Assembly: GCA_018697035.1 (NCBI GenBank)
Contig: JABHSE010000001.1
Location: forward strand, 29,653 to 93,652
Origin: an archaeon
GTDB taxonomy: Archaea > Nanobdellota > Nanobdellia > Pacearchaeales > GW2011-AR1
Reading direction: 5' to 3'
DNA: 64,000 bases
The notes beneath the pieces are model-generated. The model searched no databases. It saw only the letters and a program-made list of their open reading frames with translations, and was not told the origin of the DNA. Position numbers and translations under genes: made by a program. Below, piece by piece: positions 14,897-24,352 of this stretch (position 1 is its first letter; the number at the start of each line of letters is the position of its first letter).

Positions 14897-17800
14897 ATGG
14901 CTGAACATGTACTTGTCAAGGAATTTTTGAAGAATCATTCTCTTGTTGAGTCGAATATTAAGTCGTTTAATAATTTTATTGAGAAGAGGATGCAGGAGAT
15001 TATTACAGAATTGAGTGATGGTTTGCCTAATGAGGATTTTGAGATTAAGCTTGGGAAGGTTCGTGTTGGGAAGCCGAATGTGATTGAGAGTGATGGTTCA
15101 TCTAAACCGATTACTCCTGCTGAGATTAGATTAAGGAATTTGACTTACTCGGCTCCTATTTGGATGGAGATGACAATTAATTATGCGGGTCAGGTTGAGA
15201 CAGAAGAGGTTGAGCTGGGACGGATTCCTGTGATGGTGAAGAGCGATGTTTGTAACTTGAAAGGTATGAGTGAGACTGAGTTGGTTGAGAATTATATTGA
15301 TCCTAAGGATTATGGCGGATACTTTTTGATTAATGGGAATGAGAGGGTTATGGTTATGGCGGAGGAATTGGCGTCGAATCAGACTTTTGTTGAGTGGCAG
15401 AAGATTAAGAGTAGAATGATTTTGAGGATGTTTTCGCAGAGGGGTGCTTATAAGATTCCGGTTTCTTTAGTTGAGAGTGTTGATGGTATTATGGAGATTT
15501 CATTCTCTAGGTTTAGGGATATTCCTGCGGTTGTTTTATTGAAGGCTTTAGGTATTAATAGCGACGCTGATATTGCGAAGTTGATTGGTAAGCAGACAGA
15601 TAGTTTGGTTGTGAATTTGTATGAGTATGCTGATATTGGGAATGTGAATGATGCTTTGATGTGGATTGCGGAGAAGAGTTCATTGCAAGGGACAAACAGG
15701 GAGATGTTGGATAGAGTTAAGCAAAGAATTGATTCTTATTTTTTACCACATATTGGTTTGGATAAGAAGGCCAGGTTGGAGAAGGCTAGGACTCTTTGTA
15801 AATTTATTAAGCAGTTCTATATTGCTAAGGATAACCCTGGTGAAGCTATGACTGATAAAGATCATTATGCTAATAAGAGGGTTAGGTTGTCTGGTGATTT
15901 GTTGGCTGATTTATTTAGGGTTAACATTAATATTTTACTTCGAGAGGTTCAACATACTTTGCAGAAGACGGTTAAGAGGCGTAAGTTTTATTCTATTAAG
16001 ACTATTGCAAAATCTACTTTGTTTACACATCGAGTTGAATCGGCGATTGCTACTGGTTCTTGGATTGGAGAGAGGAAAGGTGTTACTCAGAATATTGATA
16101 AGAATAATTCATTTGCGATTATGAGTCAATTGCAAAGGGTTACTTCAACTTTGCCTGGAGAGCAAGAGAATTTTGCGGCGAGGACTGTTCATCCTACTCA
16201 TTATGGAAGGTTTTGTCCAATTGAGACTCCTGAAGGAACTGAAATTGGGTTGAGGAAGAATTTGGCTTTGCTTGCTCGTGTTTCTACTAGGACGACGATG
16301 GAAGACGACGATATATTGAAAGTGTTGAAGGGGATTGGAATGAAGGATGATGGAGAACTGGATGTATTCTATAATGGACGATTTGTCGGCTCGACAGATG
16401 ATGTTGAAGGATTTGTTAATAATGTTAAGAATGAGAGGCGTGAAGGGAATTTGCCGGTTGAGATGTCTGTTCGTTTTGATAGATTCTTGGATACTATTTA
16501 TATTAGTTCAGAGATTGGTCGAGTAATTCGTCCTTTGATTGTTGTTGATAATGGTGAGTCGAGGTTGAAGCCAGAGCACATTGAGTTGGTTAAGCAGGGA
16601 AGTTTGAATTGGGGGAATTTGTTTGAGAAGGGAATTTTGGAATATTTAGATGCTGCTGAAGAAGATGATTGTTATGTTTGTTTAGAGGAGGATAAGTTGA
16701 CTTCAGAGCATACGCATTTGGAAGTTGATAAGATGGATGTTTTCGGAGTTAGTGTTTCGTTGATTCCGTTTGGTAATAATGATCCGCCTGCTCGTATGGT
16801 TAAGGGTGGTTCGAGGGCTTATCGTCAGGGACTCGGGTTATATGCTGGGAATTTTCCGGTGAGGATTGATACTGATGTTTCGATTTTGCATTATGCTCAA
16901 AAGCCTTTAGTCAGGAGTTTTACCTATGATACTTTGAATGTTCATCCAGTTGGGCAGAATGTTGTTTTGGCGGTTATGCCCTATGATGGTTATAATATTG
17001 AGGATGCTATTGTTTTGAATAGTGGTTCGATTGACCGTGGTTTTGGTCGGAGCAGTAGACTGAAGCCTCATGTATCTGTTGAGTTGAATTATGCTGGTGG
17101 TTTGAAGGATGAGATTTGTATTCCAGATAAGGATGTTTCGGGTTATAGAATGGAAGAGAGTTATCGGTTTTTGGAGGATGATGGTATTGTTTATCCTGAG
17201 GCTGAGTTGCATGAAGGTGAGGTTATTATTGGGAAGACTACTCCTCCGAAGTTTTTGAGTGAAGCTCGTGATATTTCGATTCAGACCAAGAAGGAAGGTT
17301 CTGTTGCTATTAAACAGGAAGAGAGGGGAATTGTCGACGCTGTTTTTATGACGCACGATAAGGAAGGTAATAGGATTATTCAGGTTAGGACTCGAGAGAT
17401 TAGGATTCCTGAGGTTGGGGATAAGTTTTCGGTGCCTCATGGTCAGAAGGGTATTGTTGGTATGGTTGCTCCTGCGTCGGATGTTCCATTTAGTGTTAGT
17501 GGTATTAGTCCTAGTATAATGTTTAATCCGCATGGTATTCCTTCGCGTATGACTGTTGGTTATTTGATGGATGTTTTGGCTGGCAAGGTTGCGGCTTTGA
17601 GGGGTTCTATTGTTGATGCTTCTAGTTTTTCGGGTGAAACGATTGAAGGTTTGGAGGATGGCTTGAAGAAGCTTGGGTTTAGGGCGAATGGTAAGGAGAC
17701 TATGTATAATGCAGTTACTGGGGAAAGAATGCCGGTTAAGATTTTTGTTGGGAATATGTTTTATTTGAAGTTGAAATATATGGTTGCGGATAAGATGCAC

Positions 17801-18148
17801 GCTCGTGCTTCTGGGAAGATTGCATTGCTTACTCGGCAGCCTATTGCTGGTCGTTCACGTGGTGGTGCTTTGAGGCTTGGGGAAATGGAGCAAGAGGCTT
17901 TGGTTGGTCATGGTGCGTCTCTGTTGTTGAAGGAACGGTATGATTCGGATAAGGTTGTGATTAATATTTGTAGTAAGTGTGGAGCGATTGTTATTGATGA
18001 CCAGATTCATAATAAGAGAGTTTGTTCACTTTGCCATTCGAATCAGGTTGAGCCGGTTGAGGTTTCTTACGCGTTCAAGTTGTTGATTGAGGAGTTGCAG
18101 GGATTGCATTTATTAACTAAATTCGAGATGAAGAATAAATATGAATAA
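14897..18148 (+). CDS. rpoB: DNA-directed RNA polymerase subunit B (single unsplit B)
   Basis: 1083 aa with conserved RNAP beta-type blocks: GGYFLINGNERV, the NPHGIPSRMT region, and a C-terminal Zn motif CSKCG...CSLCH. Confidence 0.95.
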   Translation: MAEHVLVKEFLKNHSLVESNIKSFNNFIEKRMQEIITELSDGLPNEDFEIKLGKVRVGKPNVIESDGSSKPITPAEIRLRNLTYSAPIWMEMTINYAGQVETEEVELGRIPVMVKSDVCNLKGMSETELVENYIDPKDYGGYFLINGNERVMVMAEELASNQTFVEWQKIKSRMILRMFSQRGAYKIPVSLVESVDGIMEISFSRFRDIPAVVLLKALGINSDADIAKLIGKQTDSLVVNLYEYADIGNVNDALMWIAEKSSLQGTNREMLDRVKQRIDSYFLPHIGLDKKARLEKARTLCKFIKQFYIAKDNPGEAMTDKDHYANKRVRLSGDLLADLFRVNINILLREVQHTLQKTVKRRKFYSIKTIAKSTLFTHRVESAIATGSWIGERKGVTQNIDKNNSFAIMSQLQRVTSTLPGEQENFAARTVHPTHYGRFCPIETPEGTEIGLRKNLALLARVSTRTTMEDDDILKVLKGIGMKDDGELDVFYNGRFVGSTDDVEGFVNNVKNERREGNLPVEMSVRFDRFLDTIYISSEIGRVIRPLIVVDNGESRLKPEHIELVKQGSLNWGNLFEKGILEYLDAAEEDDCYVCLEEDKLTSEHTHLEVDKMDVFGVSVSLIPFGNNDPPARMVKGGSRAYRQGLGLYAGNFPVRIDTDVSILHYAQKPLVRSFTYDTLNVHPVGQNVVLAVMPYDGYNIEDAIVLNSGSIDRGFGRSSRLKPHVSVELNYAGGLKDEICIPDKDVSGYRMEESYRFLEDDGIVYPEAELHEGEVIIGKTTPPKFLSEARDISIQTKKEGSVAIKQEERGIVDAVFMTHDKEGNRIIQVRTREIRIPEVGDKFSVPHGQKGIVGMVAPASDVPFSVSGISPSIMFNPHGIPSRMTVGYLMDVLAGKVAALRGSIVDASSFSGETIEGLEDGLKKLGFRANGKETMYNAVTGERMPVKIFVGNMFYLKLKYMVADKMHARASGKIALLTRQPIAGRSRGGALRLGEMEQEALVGHGASLLLKERYDSDKVVINICSKCGAIVIDDQIHNKRVCSLCHSNQVEPVEVSYAFKLLIEELQGLHLLTKFEMKNKYE

Positions 18149-18335
18149 TGATATAAGACACGACGCTAATGGAGGATTTACTGTTATGTATGATGCTGAA
18201 GTAGAGAAGGGAATTAAGAATGGCGCGTGTTATTTGGCTTGTAATACGAGTGAAGCGGGAAGGGGTTTGGTTTGTATGGATGATTTTTCGCGGGTTTGTT
18301 CTCTTAATGTTAAATATGTGGGAGATCAAGAATGA
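18141..18335 (+). CDS. small Cys-containing ORF (64 aa) wedged between rpoB and rpoA
   Basis: Its start overlaps the rpoB stop (ATGAATAA) and its stop overlaps the rpoA start (ATGA). It holds four Cys (CYLAC, VCMDD, RVC). Confidence 0.3.
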   Translation: MNNDIRHDANGGFTVMYDAEVEKGIKNGACYLACNTSEAGRGLVCMDDFSRVCSLNVKYVGDQE

Positions 18336-21300
18336 GACCGGTTAAGAAGCAGATTAAGGAGATGAGATTTTCTTTGCTTAGTCCTGAGCAGATTAAGAAG
18401 TTGAGTGTTGCTAAGATTGTGACGCCTGAGTTGTATGATGTTGATGGATATCCGGTTGATGGTGGTTTGATGGATTTGAGGCTTGGAGCTGTTGATCCTG
18501 GTGTTCGATGTCGGACTTGTGGTGGTCGATTGAAAGAGTGTCTTGGGCATCCTGGTATTATTGAGTTGGCTCGTCCTGTTGTTCATATTAAGTATTTGCC
18601 AATTATTGATTTGGTTTTAAGGGCGACTTGTGAGGCTTGTGGAAAGGCTTTGATTAAGGAAGAGAAGGATTTGGCTAAGGATTTGGTTGGTCGTATTAAG
18701 AGAGCTAAGGATGGGAAGAAGTGTCCGCATTGTTCGATTATTCAGGAGAAGGTTCGGCTTGAGAAGCCGACTAGTTTTAGAAGTGGTCGTAGGCGATTAT
18801 TTCCTTCGGAGATTAGGGAGAGATTGGTTAATGTTAGTGACGAGGATTTGAAGATTTTAGGAATTAATGCTGAGAGTTTGAGACCAGAGTGGGCGATTAT
18901 GACTTCGCTTTTGGTTCCGCCCGTGACTGTTCGTCCTTCGATTACTTTGGAATCTGGTGAGAGGAGTGAAGATGATTTGACTCATAAGTTGTCGGATATT
19001 ATTCGAAGTAATCAGAGGTTGTGGGAGAATTTGAATGCTGGTGCGCCTGAAGTTATTATCGAGGATTTGTGGGATTTATTGCAGTATCATATTACGACTT
19101 TTTTTGACAATTCGATTGCTAAGATTCCGCCTGCGCGTCATAGAAGTGGTCAGCCATTGAAGACGATTGAGGAGAGGATTAAGGGTAAGGAAGGTCGGAT
19201 TAGGAAGAACTTGGCTGGGAAGCGAGTTAATTATTCTGCTCGTAGTGTTATTTCGCCGGACCCTAGTTTGAAGTTGAATGAGGTTGGTGTGCCTTTTGAG
19301 GTTGCGAAGATTTTAACTGTTTCAGATAAGGTGACTAGTGTTAATTTGAAGAGGATGAAAGAGTTGGTTGCTCGGACTGAGTATCCTGCGGCGAATTATA
19401 TTTTGCGTGGCGATGGTAAGAGGAAGCGGATTGTTGAGGAGTTGCGTGATGAGTTAGTTGAGGAGTTGGAGGTTGGGTATGTTGTTGAAAGGCATTTAAT
19501 TGATGGAGACGTTGTTTTATTTAATCGGCATCCGTCGTTGCATAGGGCGAATTTGATGGCTCATTTTGTTAAGGTGATTCCTGGTAGGACATTTAGGATT
19601 CATCCTGCAGTTTGTGGTCCTTATAATGCGGATTTTGATGGGGATGAAATGAATATTCATGCACCTCAAACTGAAGAGGCTCTTGCTGAGGCAAAGGTTT
19701 TATTGAACATTAATCAGAATTTATTTTCTCCAAAAAATAGTATGAATTTTTTCGGTTGTGTTAAGGATGCTGTTAGTGGTAATTATATGTTAAGGGAAGC
19801 TGATATGAGTAAGGAAGATGCGACGCAGTTGTTGTATAGTTCGGGCGTTGAAATTCCGAGTTTGAATAAGATGAATGCTGGTGCGGATATTTTCGAGAAG
19901 ATTTTACCTAAGGCTGCTTCTGGTAAGGGTTTTGATTCTACGAGTTTTAAGACTGGTAAAGGTGAGCCTCTAAGGGTTGTTGATAGGGAATTGGGCAGAG
20001 AGGAAGCTATGGAATTATTGAGGCAGATCTTTGCTATTGGGACTACTTTTTTATCTAGGACTGGTTTCACGCTTTGTGTTGAGGATTTAGATGTTCCTGA
20101 TTCTGTGAAAGATAAGACTGCTTCTATTATTAATAAGGCTGAAGGAAAGACGGAGAAGATTATTGAGAGTTATTATGATAAGAGTATGGAGTTGATTCCT
20201 GGGAAGACTGCGGAGGAGACTAGGGAGAATCAAATTTTGCAAGTTTTAAATGAGACTAGGACTGATATTGGGGACGCTGTTAAGACTGGGTTTTCTAAGG
20301 ATAGTTTGGCGAGTAAGATGATTGGTAGTGGGGCTGGTGGTAGTTTGTTGAATATTACACAGATTGCTTGTTCGGTTGGGCAGCAGGTTTTGAATGGGAA
20401 GCGGATTGATTTTGGTTATACAGGTAGGACGTTGTCTTGTTTTAAGAAGGGTGATTTGTCGGCGAGTTCTGGTGGTTTTATTCATAGTTCTTTTATGAAA
20501 GGGATGCAACCTCAGGAATTTTTCTTTGGTGCTATGACTGGACGAGATGGTCTGATGGATACTGCCTTGAGGACTCCGAGGTCTGGTTATTTGTATAGGC
20601 GATTGGCTAATGCGTTGCAGGATTTGATTATGGCCTATGATGAGACGGTTAGAGATGCTTCTAATAATATTGTTCAGTTTAAGTATGGGCTTGATGGTAT
20701 TGATATTTCGGCTAAGCACTTGAATAAGAAGGTTGCGCCCGGTGAGGCTATTGGGGTTATTACTGCTCAGAGTTTTGGTGAATCTTCGACACAGATGGTT
20801 TTGAATACGTTCCATTCCGCTGGTGTTGCAGAGGTTCAGGTGACTACTGGTTTGCCTCGTATCATTGAGATTTTGGATGCTAGGAAGATGCCTAAGACTC
20901 CTTCTATGGAAATTTATTTGGATAAGGATTTCAATAATGAGAAGAGCGCTCGGACTATTGCGGAGAAAATTAAGGAAGTTAAATTGAAGGAAGTTATTAG
21001 CGATATTGCAATTGATTTTGGATCGAAGAAGATTAAGATTGGTGTGGATATGAAAGCTTTGCGGGGTGTTCATATTTCTTTAGATAAGGCTGTTGAGGTT
21101 TTGGGTGAGAAAGGTTTTGAGGTCAAGAAGATGAGTGATGGAATTGTTTTAGATATGAAGAAGGATGATTTTAAGGTTATATATAGGACTAAGGAGAAAA
21201 TTAAGGAAGTTATTTTGACTGGGATTAAGAAGATTACGCAGGTTTTGGTTGTGAAGCGAGGGAAGGATTATGTGGTTTTGACTGCGGGTTCTAACTTGAA

Positions 21301-21745
21301 GGATGTTATGGCGTTTAAGGGTGTTGATGCTGATAAGGTTACTAGTAATGATTTGCATGAGACGACGGCTGTTTTGGGTGTTGAGGCTGCACGGACTTTA
21401 GTTGTTCAAGAAATTAATAAGGTTATTAGTTCGCAGGGTCTTGCAGTAGACGGGAAGCATGCGATGTTGCTTGCGGATACTATGACAGCGTCGGGAACTG
21501 TTAAGGGTATTACTCGTATGGGGATCATTGGGGATAAGAATTCTATTTTAGCTAGAGCTTCATTTGAGACTCCGGTTAAGCAGTTTGTTCAGGCTACTAA
21601 GACTGGTAAGAGGGATGAGTTGAAGTCGGTTATCGAGAATATCATTTTGAATCAGCCTGTGCCTGTTGGGACTGGATTACCTGGGTTGTTGGTTAAGGTT
21701 ACTGGATCATTGGCTGATAAAAAGAAGGAGAAGAAGGGTAAATGA
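18332..21745 (+). CDS. rpoA: DNA-directed RNA polymerase subunit A, apparently fused A'+A''
   Basis: One 1137-aa ORF holds the A' catalytic NADFDGDEMN, the bridge-helix region, the A'' trigger-loop block GEAIGVITAQSFGESSTQMVLNTFHSAG, and a C-terminal VPVGTG. Confidence 0.9.
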   Translation: MRPVKKQIKEMRFSLLSPEQIKKLSVAKIVTPELYDVDGYPVDGGLMDLRLGAVDPGVRCRTCGGRLKECLGHPGIIELARPVVHIKYLPIIDLVLRATCEACGKALIKEEKDLAKDLVGRIKRAKDGKKCPHCSIIQEKVRLEKPTSFRSGRRRLFPSEIRERLVNVSDEDLKILGINAESLRPEWAIMTSLLVPPVTVRPSITLESGERSEDDLTHKLSDIIRSNQRLWENLNAGAPEVIIEDLWDLLQYHITTFFDNSIAKIPPARHRSGQPLKTIEERIKGKEGRIRKNLAGKRVNYSARSVISPDPSLKLNEVGVPFEVAKILTVSDKVTSVNLKRMKELVARTEYPAANYILRGDGKRKRIVEELRDELVEELEVGYVVERHLIDGDVVLFNRHPSLHRANLMAHFVKVIPGRTFRIHPAVCGPYNADFDGDEMNIHAPQTEEALAEAKVLLNINQNLFSPKNSMNFFGCVKDAVSGNYMLREADMSKEDATQLLYSSGVEIPSLNKMNAGADIFEKILPKAASGKGFDSTSFKTGKGEPLRVVDRELGREEAMELLRQIFAIGTTFLSRTGFTLCVEDLDVPDSVKDKTASIINKAEGKTEKIIESYYDKSMELIPGKTAEETRENQILQVLNETRTDIGDAVKTGFSKDSLASKMIGSGAGGSLLNITQIACSVGQQVLNGKRIDFGYTGRTLSCFKKGDLSASSGGFIHSSFMKGMQPQEFFFGAMTGRDGLMDTALRTPRSGYLYRRLANALQDLIMAYDETVRDASNNIVQFKYGLDGIDISAKHLNKKVAPGEAIGVITAQSFGESSTQMVLNTFHSAGVAEVQVTTGLPRIIEILDARKMPKTPSMEIYLDKDFNNEKSARTIAEKIKEVKLKEVISDIAIDFGSKKIKIGVDMKALRGVHISLDKAVEVLGEKGFEVKKMSDGIVLDMKKDDFKVIYRTKEKIKEVILTGIKKITQVLVVKRGKDYVVLTAGSNLKDVMAFKGVDADKVTSNDLHETTAVLGVEAARTLVVQEINKVISSQGLAVDGKHAMLLADTMTASGTVKGITRMGIIGDKNSILARASFETPVKQFVQATKTGKRDELKSVIENIILNQPVPVGTGLPGLLVKVTGSLADKKKEKKGK

Positions 21746-22005
21746 GTGTTAAAGAATTGAAAGAAGGAATTGAAGAAGGTAAGGTGGTTTTTGGAATCAA
21801 GCAGGCTTTGAAGGTTGGCAAAAAGGCGAAGAATATATTTATTGCTAAAGATACTCGGGATAGTACGGTGGAGAAGCTGGAGAAAGCGGAGCTGGCGTTT
21901 GATGTTTTGAAGTCTAAGGAAGATTTGACTAAGGAATTAAATCTTGACTTTGCTTGTGAAGTTTTTTGTTTGTATCAGGGCGTATCTCATAAAGGGGCAA
22001 AGTAA
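21742..22005 (+). CDS. rpl30e: ribosomal protein L30e
   Basis: 87 aa with a VVFGIKQALKVGKKAK...FIAKD pattern. Occupies the conserved slot after rpoA. Confidence 0.75.
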   Translation: MSVKELKEGIEEGKVVFGIKQALKVGKKAKNIFIAKDTRDSTVEKLEKAELAFDVLKSKEDLTKELNLDFACEVFCLYQGVSHKGAK

Positions 22006-22006
22006 G

Positions 22007-22366
22007 ATGCCAGTTAAGATGAATGATTTGGGTTTTTCTGATAAAAATTATTTTAAAGAATTTGGATGTAAGAAGGTTTCTGGTTCAGTCCATTCGTCTT
22101 CTTATTCATTTGAAGGTAATCTTGTAGAAGAAATTTTTGGTGTTGTTTCTGAAATGGGTCCTCGTAAAGATAGTATGAGAGTTGATTCTGATAATCGTTT
22201 TTATGATATTAAAGGTGCTGATGTTTTTGTTTCTTATAACTCAGCGAATAAGGGAATAGAAACAAGGATTTCTATTTGGGATAAAAATGGGAATTTAGAA
22301 TTAAGAACCGAAATTACAGAAGGAATTAGCGGTAAGTGGAAGGAGCTAAGGGAGGGAGCGAAGTAG
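22007..22366 (+). CDS. hypothetical protein (119 aa) inserted between L30e and NusA
   Basis: Tightly packed: starts 1 nt after the L30e stop and ends abutting the nusA ATG. No motif recognised. Confidence 0.4.
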   Translation: MPVKMNDLGFSDKNYFKEFGCKKVSGSVHSSSYSFEGNLVEEIFGVVSEMGPRKDSMRVDSDNRFYDIKGADVFVSYNSANKGIETRISIWDKNGNLELRTEITEGISGKWKELREGAK

Positions 22367-22792
22367 ATGGCAGGTGTTATTGATATGCAGTTGATGAGGT
22401 ATATTAATTTATTTGCGCGGACGACTAAGGTTTCTACGACTAAGGTTTTTTATTATAATAATCAAATTATTTTTGCTGTTCCGAAAGCGAAGGTTTCTAT
22501 GGCGATTGGGAAGGGAGCTTGTAATATTAAGAGGATGAGTGAGACTTTGCGGAAGAAGATTCGGGTTGTTGTCATGCCGGCGGTTGATGATGTTGAGGGG
22601 ATTAAGAAGTTTGTTGGGGATGTTGTTGCGCCGATTGAGTTTGTTGGGATTGAGATGAAGGGTGGGAGTATTGTTGTTAATGCTGGACGGCAGAGCAAGG
22701 CGGCTTTGATTGGACGTAATAGGGGACGTGAGAAAGAGTTGGCTGATGTTATGAAGGATTTTTTTGGGGTTAGTAAGTTGCGGATTGCCTGA
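22367..22792 (+). CDS. nusA: archaeal NusA-like KH-domain transcription termination/antitermination factor
   Basis: 141 aa with two KH-like segments (GKGACNIKRM, IGRNRGREKEL). Sits between L30e and S12. Confidence 0.7.
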   Translation: MAGVIDMQLMRYINLFARTTKVSTTKVFYYNNQIIFAVPKAKVSMAIGKGACNIKRMSETLRKKIRVVVMPAVDDVEGIKKFVGDVVAPIEFVGIEMKGGSIVVNAGRQSKAALIGRNRGREKELADVMKDFFGVSKLRIA

Positions 22793-22817
22793 GTTTAATT
22801 TTTGATTCCTACTTGTA

Positions 22818-22905
22818 ATTTCTTGGTAAAAAAATGATTCACGTACGCCTGTACGCTTCACATTTTTTTACGCTGCGAAATTTCTGCGTATAAACCAAAA
22901 TTGTT
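22818..22905 (+). repeat. structured intergenic element, family B copy 1
   Basis: gtaaaaaaatg...[cgtac gcct gtacg]...catttttttac. An 11-bp A/U stem encloses the conserved GTAC hairpin. Confidence 0.7.
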
Positions 22906-22997
22906 AACAAACTTGGTTTTTATCGACGGGAAGTTTCTGTGGTATTAATTTTAAAGGGGCAAAGTTTTATAAATCAATTTTTCACTTAATTGTTACT

Positions 22998-23420
22998 ATG
23001 GGTTTGATGAATGGACGTAAGATGAAGAATAAGCGGAAGAAGTTTCGTGATAATAGGTTGCCTGATAAAAAGAAAAGGCTTGGTATTAGTTTGAAGTTTG
23101 ATCCACTTGGTCGGGCTAGTCAGGCTAAGGGTATTGTTGTTAAGAAGATGCAGAAGGAAGCTAAGCAGCCTAACTCTGGTATGAGGAAGTGTTGTAGGGT
23201 TCAGTTGATTAAGAATGGTAAAGAGGTTCCTGCTTTTATTCCTGGGAATTTGGCGCAGAAGTTTGTTGATGAGCATGATGAGGTTATTATTGAGAGGATT
23301 GGTGGGAAGCAGGGAAGGACTAAAGGGGATTTGTCTGGAGTTAGGTTTTGTGTTATTAAAGTAAACGATCAGCCATTGGAGAGACTTTGGATGGGTAAGA
23401 TTGAGAAGGGGCGACGATGA
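22998..23420 (+). CDS. rps12: ribosomal protein S12
   Basis: KKRLGISLKFDPLGRASQAKGIVVKKMQKEAKQPNSGMRKCCRVQLIKNGKEV matches S12/S23. TATA box at 22966-22975. Confidence 0.9.
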   Translation: MGLMNGRKMKNKRKKFRDNRLPDKKKRLGISLKFDPLGRASQAKGIVVKKMQKEAKQPNSGMRKCCRVQLIKNGKEVPAFIPGNLAQKFVDEHDEVIIERIGGKQGRTKGDLSGVRFCVIKVNDQPLERLWMGKIEKGRR

Positions 23421-23602
23421 ATCCCGAAGGTAATTTTCGAGTTCGTAAGAAGAGAGTTAGTGATTTGGTTAAGAAAACTACAAATCATATTAGTGCTTTT
23501 TACGACGATAGTACTAGTGGTGATGGTTTACCAAGTAAGAATAAGCGTTACCAATACTATTCTGTTCAGGAAAAAATAATCAAGTATGGAGGTGCGGATT
23601 AG
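23417..23602 (+). CDS. small basic ORF (61 aa) between S12 and S7
   Basis: Its start overlaps the S12 stop (ATGA). Its stop lies 2 nt before the S7 ATG. Confidence 0.3.
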   Translation: MNPEGNFRVRKKRVSDLVKKTTNHISAFYDDSTSGDGLPSKNKRYQYYSVQEKIIKYGGAD

Positions 23603-23604
23603 AT

Positions 23605-24201
23605 ATGGTAGAGATGAAGGTTTTTGGTTTGTTTGACGCTAGTGAAGTTAGAGTTGAGGATCCGGGTTTGAAGAAGGTTGTTAATTTGAATGCTAAGTTG
23701 ATGTTGAAGAGTCATGGTAGGATTAAGTGGGATCCAGCTAGGACTAAGGTTAATGTTGTTGAGAGATTGATTAATTTGTTGCAGGTTCCTGGAAGTCGAG
23801 GGAAGAAGCATAAGATTATTACTGGTTGGATTACGGGGAAGCAGACTCGGTGTACTGGGATTGTTATTGATGCGTTTAAGATAATTGAAGAGAAGACGAA
23901 GGAGAACCCTTTGAAGGTTTTTGTTCGGGCTATTGAGAATGCGGCTCCGAGAGATGAGACTACTACGATTGTTATGGGTGGTTCTAAATATCCTCAAGCA
24001 GTTGATGTTTCGCCACGACGAAGGTTGAATTTGGTTTTGAGGTATTTTGTTAATGGGTCCTATGATAAGGCGTTTAATAAGAAGGCGACGATTGTTGAGG
24101 CTTTGGCTAAAGAGATAATGTTGGCTGCGGATAATTCGGGTGAGTCTTATGCTGTTCGGAAGAGAGTGGATACGGAAAAACAGGCAGACGCGGCTCGGTA
24201 A
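23605..24201 (+). CDS. rps7: ribosomal protein S7
   Basis: 198 aa with the S7 pattern: VNLLQVPGSRGKK, the IVIDAFKIIEEKT region, and a C-terminal AVRKRVDTEK. Confidence 0.85.
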   Translation: MVEMKVFGLFDASEVRVEDPGLKKVVNLNAKLMLKSHGRIKWDPARTKVNVVERLINLLQVPGSRGKKHKIITGWITGKQTRCTGIVIDAFKIIEEKTKENPLKVFVRAIENAAPRDETTTIVMGGSKYPQAVDVSPRRRLNLVLRYFVNGSYDKAFNKKATIVEALAKEIMLAADNSGESYAVRKRVDTEKQADAAR

Positions 24202-24206
24202 TTTTA

Positions 24207-24296
24207 ATTTCTAGCGTTTCATACTTCGTTGCAAGAACACTCACGTACGCCTGTACGCTTCGCAACCTTGCGCCTTGTCTAAATCTGCTATAAATC
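24207..24296 (+). repeat. structured intergenic element, family A copy 2
   Basis: tttctagcgtttcatacttcgtt-gcaag-aacactca-cgtac-gcct-gtacg-cttcgcaac-cttgc-gccttgtctaaatctgctataaatc. Confidence 0.75.
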
Positions 24297-24320
24297 AAAA
24301 TTATTAACTGGAGTGTCATT

Positions 24321-24332
24321 ATTTTTATAAAG
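24321..24332 (+). promoter_or_regulatory. TATA box (tttttataaag) for leaderless ORF at 24353
   Basis: Consensus archaeal TATA about 25 nt upstream of the ATG. The same module follows element A3. Confidence 0.55.
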
Positions 24333-24352
24333 TTGGATTTTGTTCTTTTTTT

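Noticed and set aside
16907-17800. Long minus-strand ORFs antisense to rpoB, nrdD, rpoA, argS, copA and others: 16907-17800, 7951-8841, 20246-21073, 53373-54170, 48246-48817.
   Set aside because: They are products of the strongly GT-skewed coding strand, whose complement is poor in stop codons. Their translations are low-complexity (rich in N, I, L, P, R, T, S), and they overlap high-confidence genes completely.
24107-24319. Minus-strand ORFs of 64-110 aa that overlap the family A elements and share a peptide like ..IYSRFRRGARLRSVQAYVSVLATKYETLEI. They are at 24107-24319, 27166-27360, 9675-10007 and 48864-49100.
   Set aside because: The shared peptide is only the conserved element read in reverse. 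Between copies the nucleotide changes are compensatory for RNA stems and not synonymous for a protein. Copy A4 loses the N-terminal part entirely. The ORFs also run antisense into neighbouring genes. They are artefacts of a conserved non-coding element.
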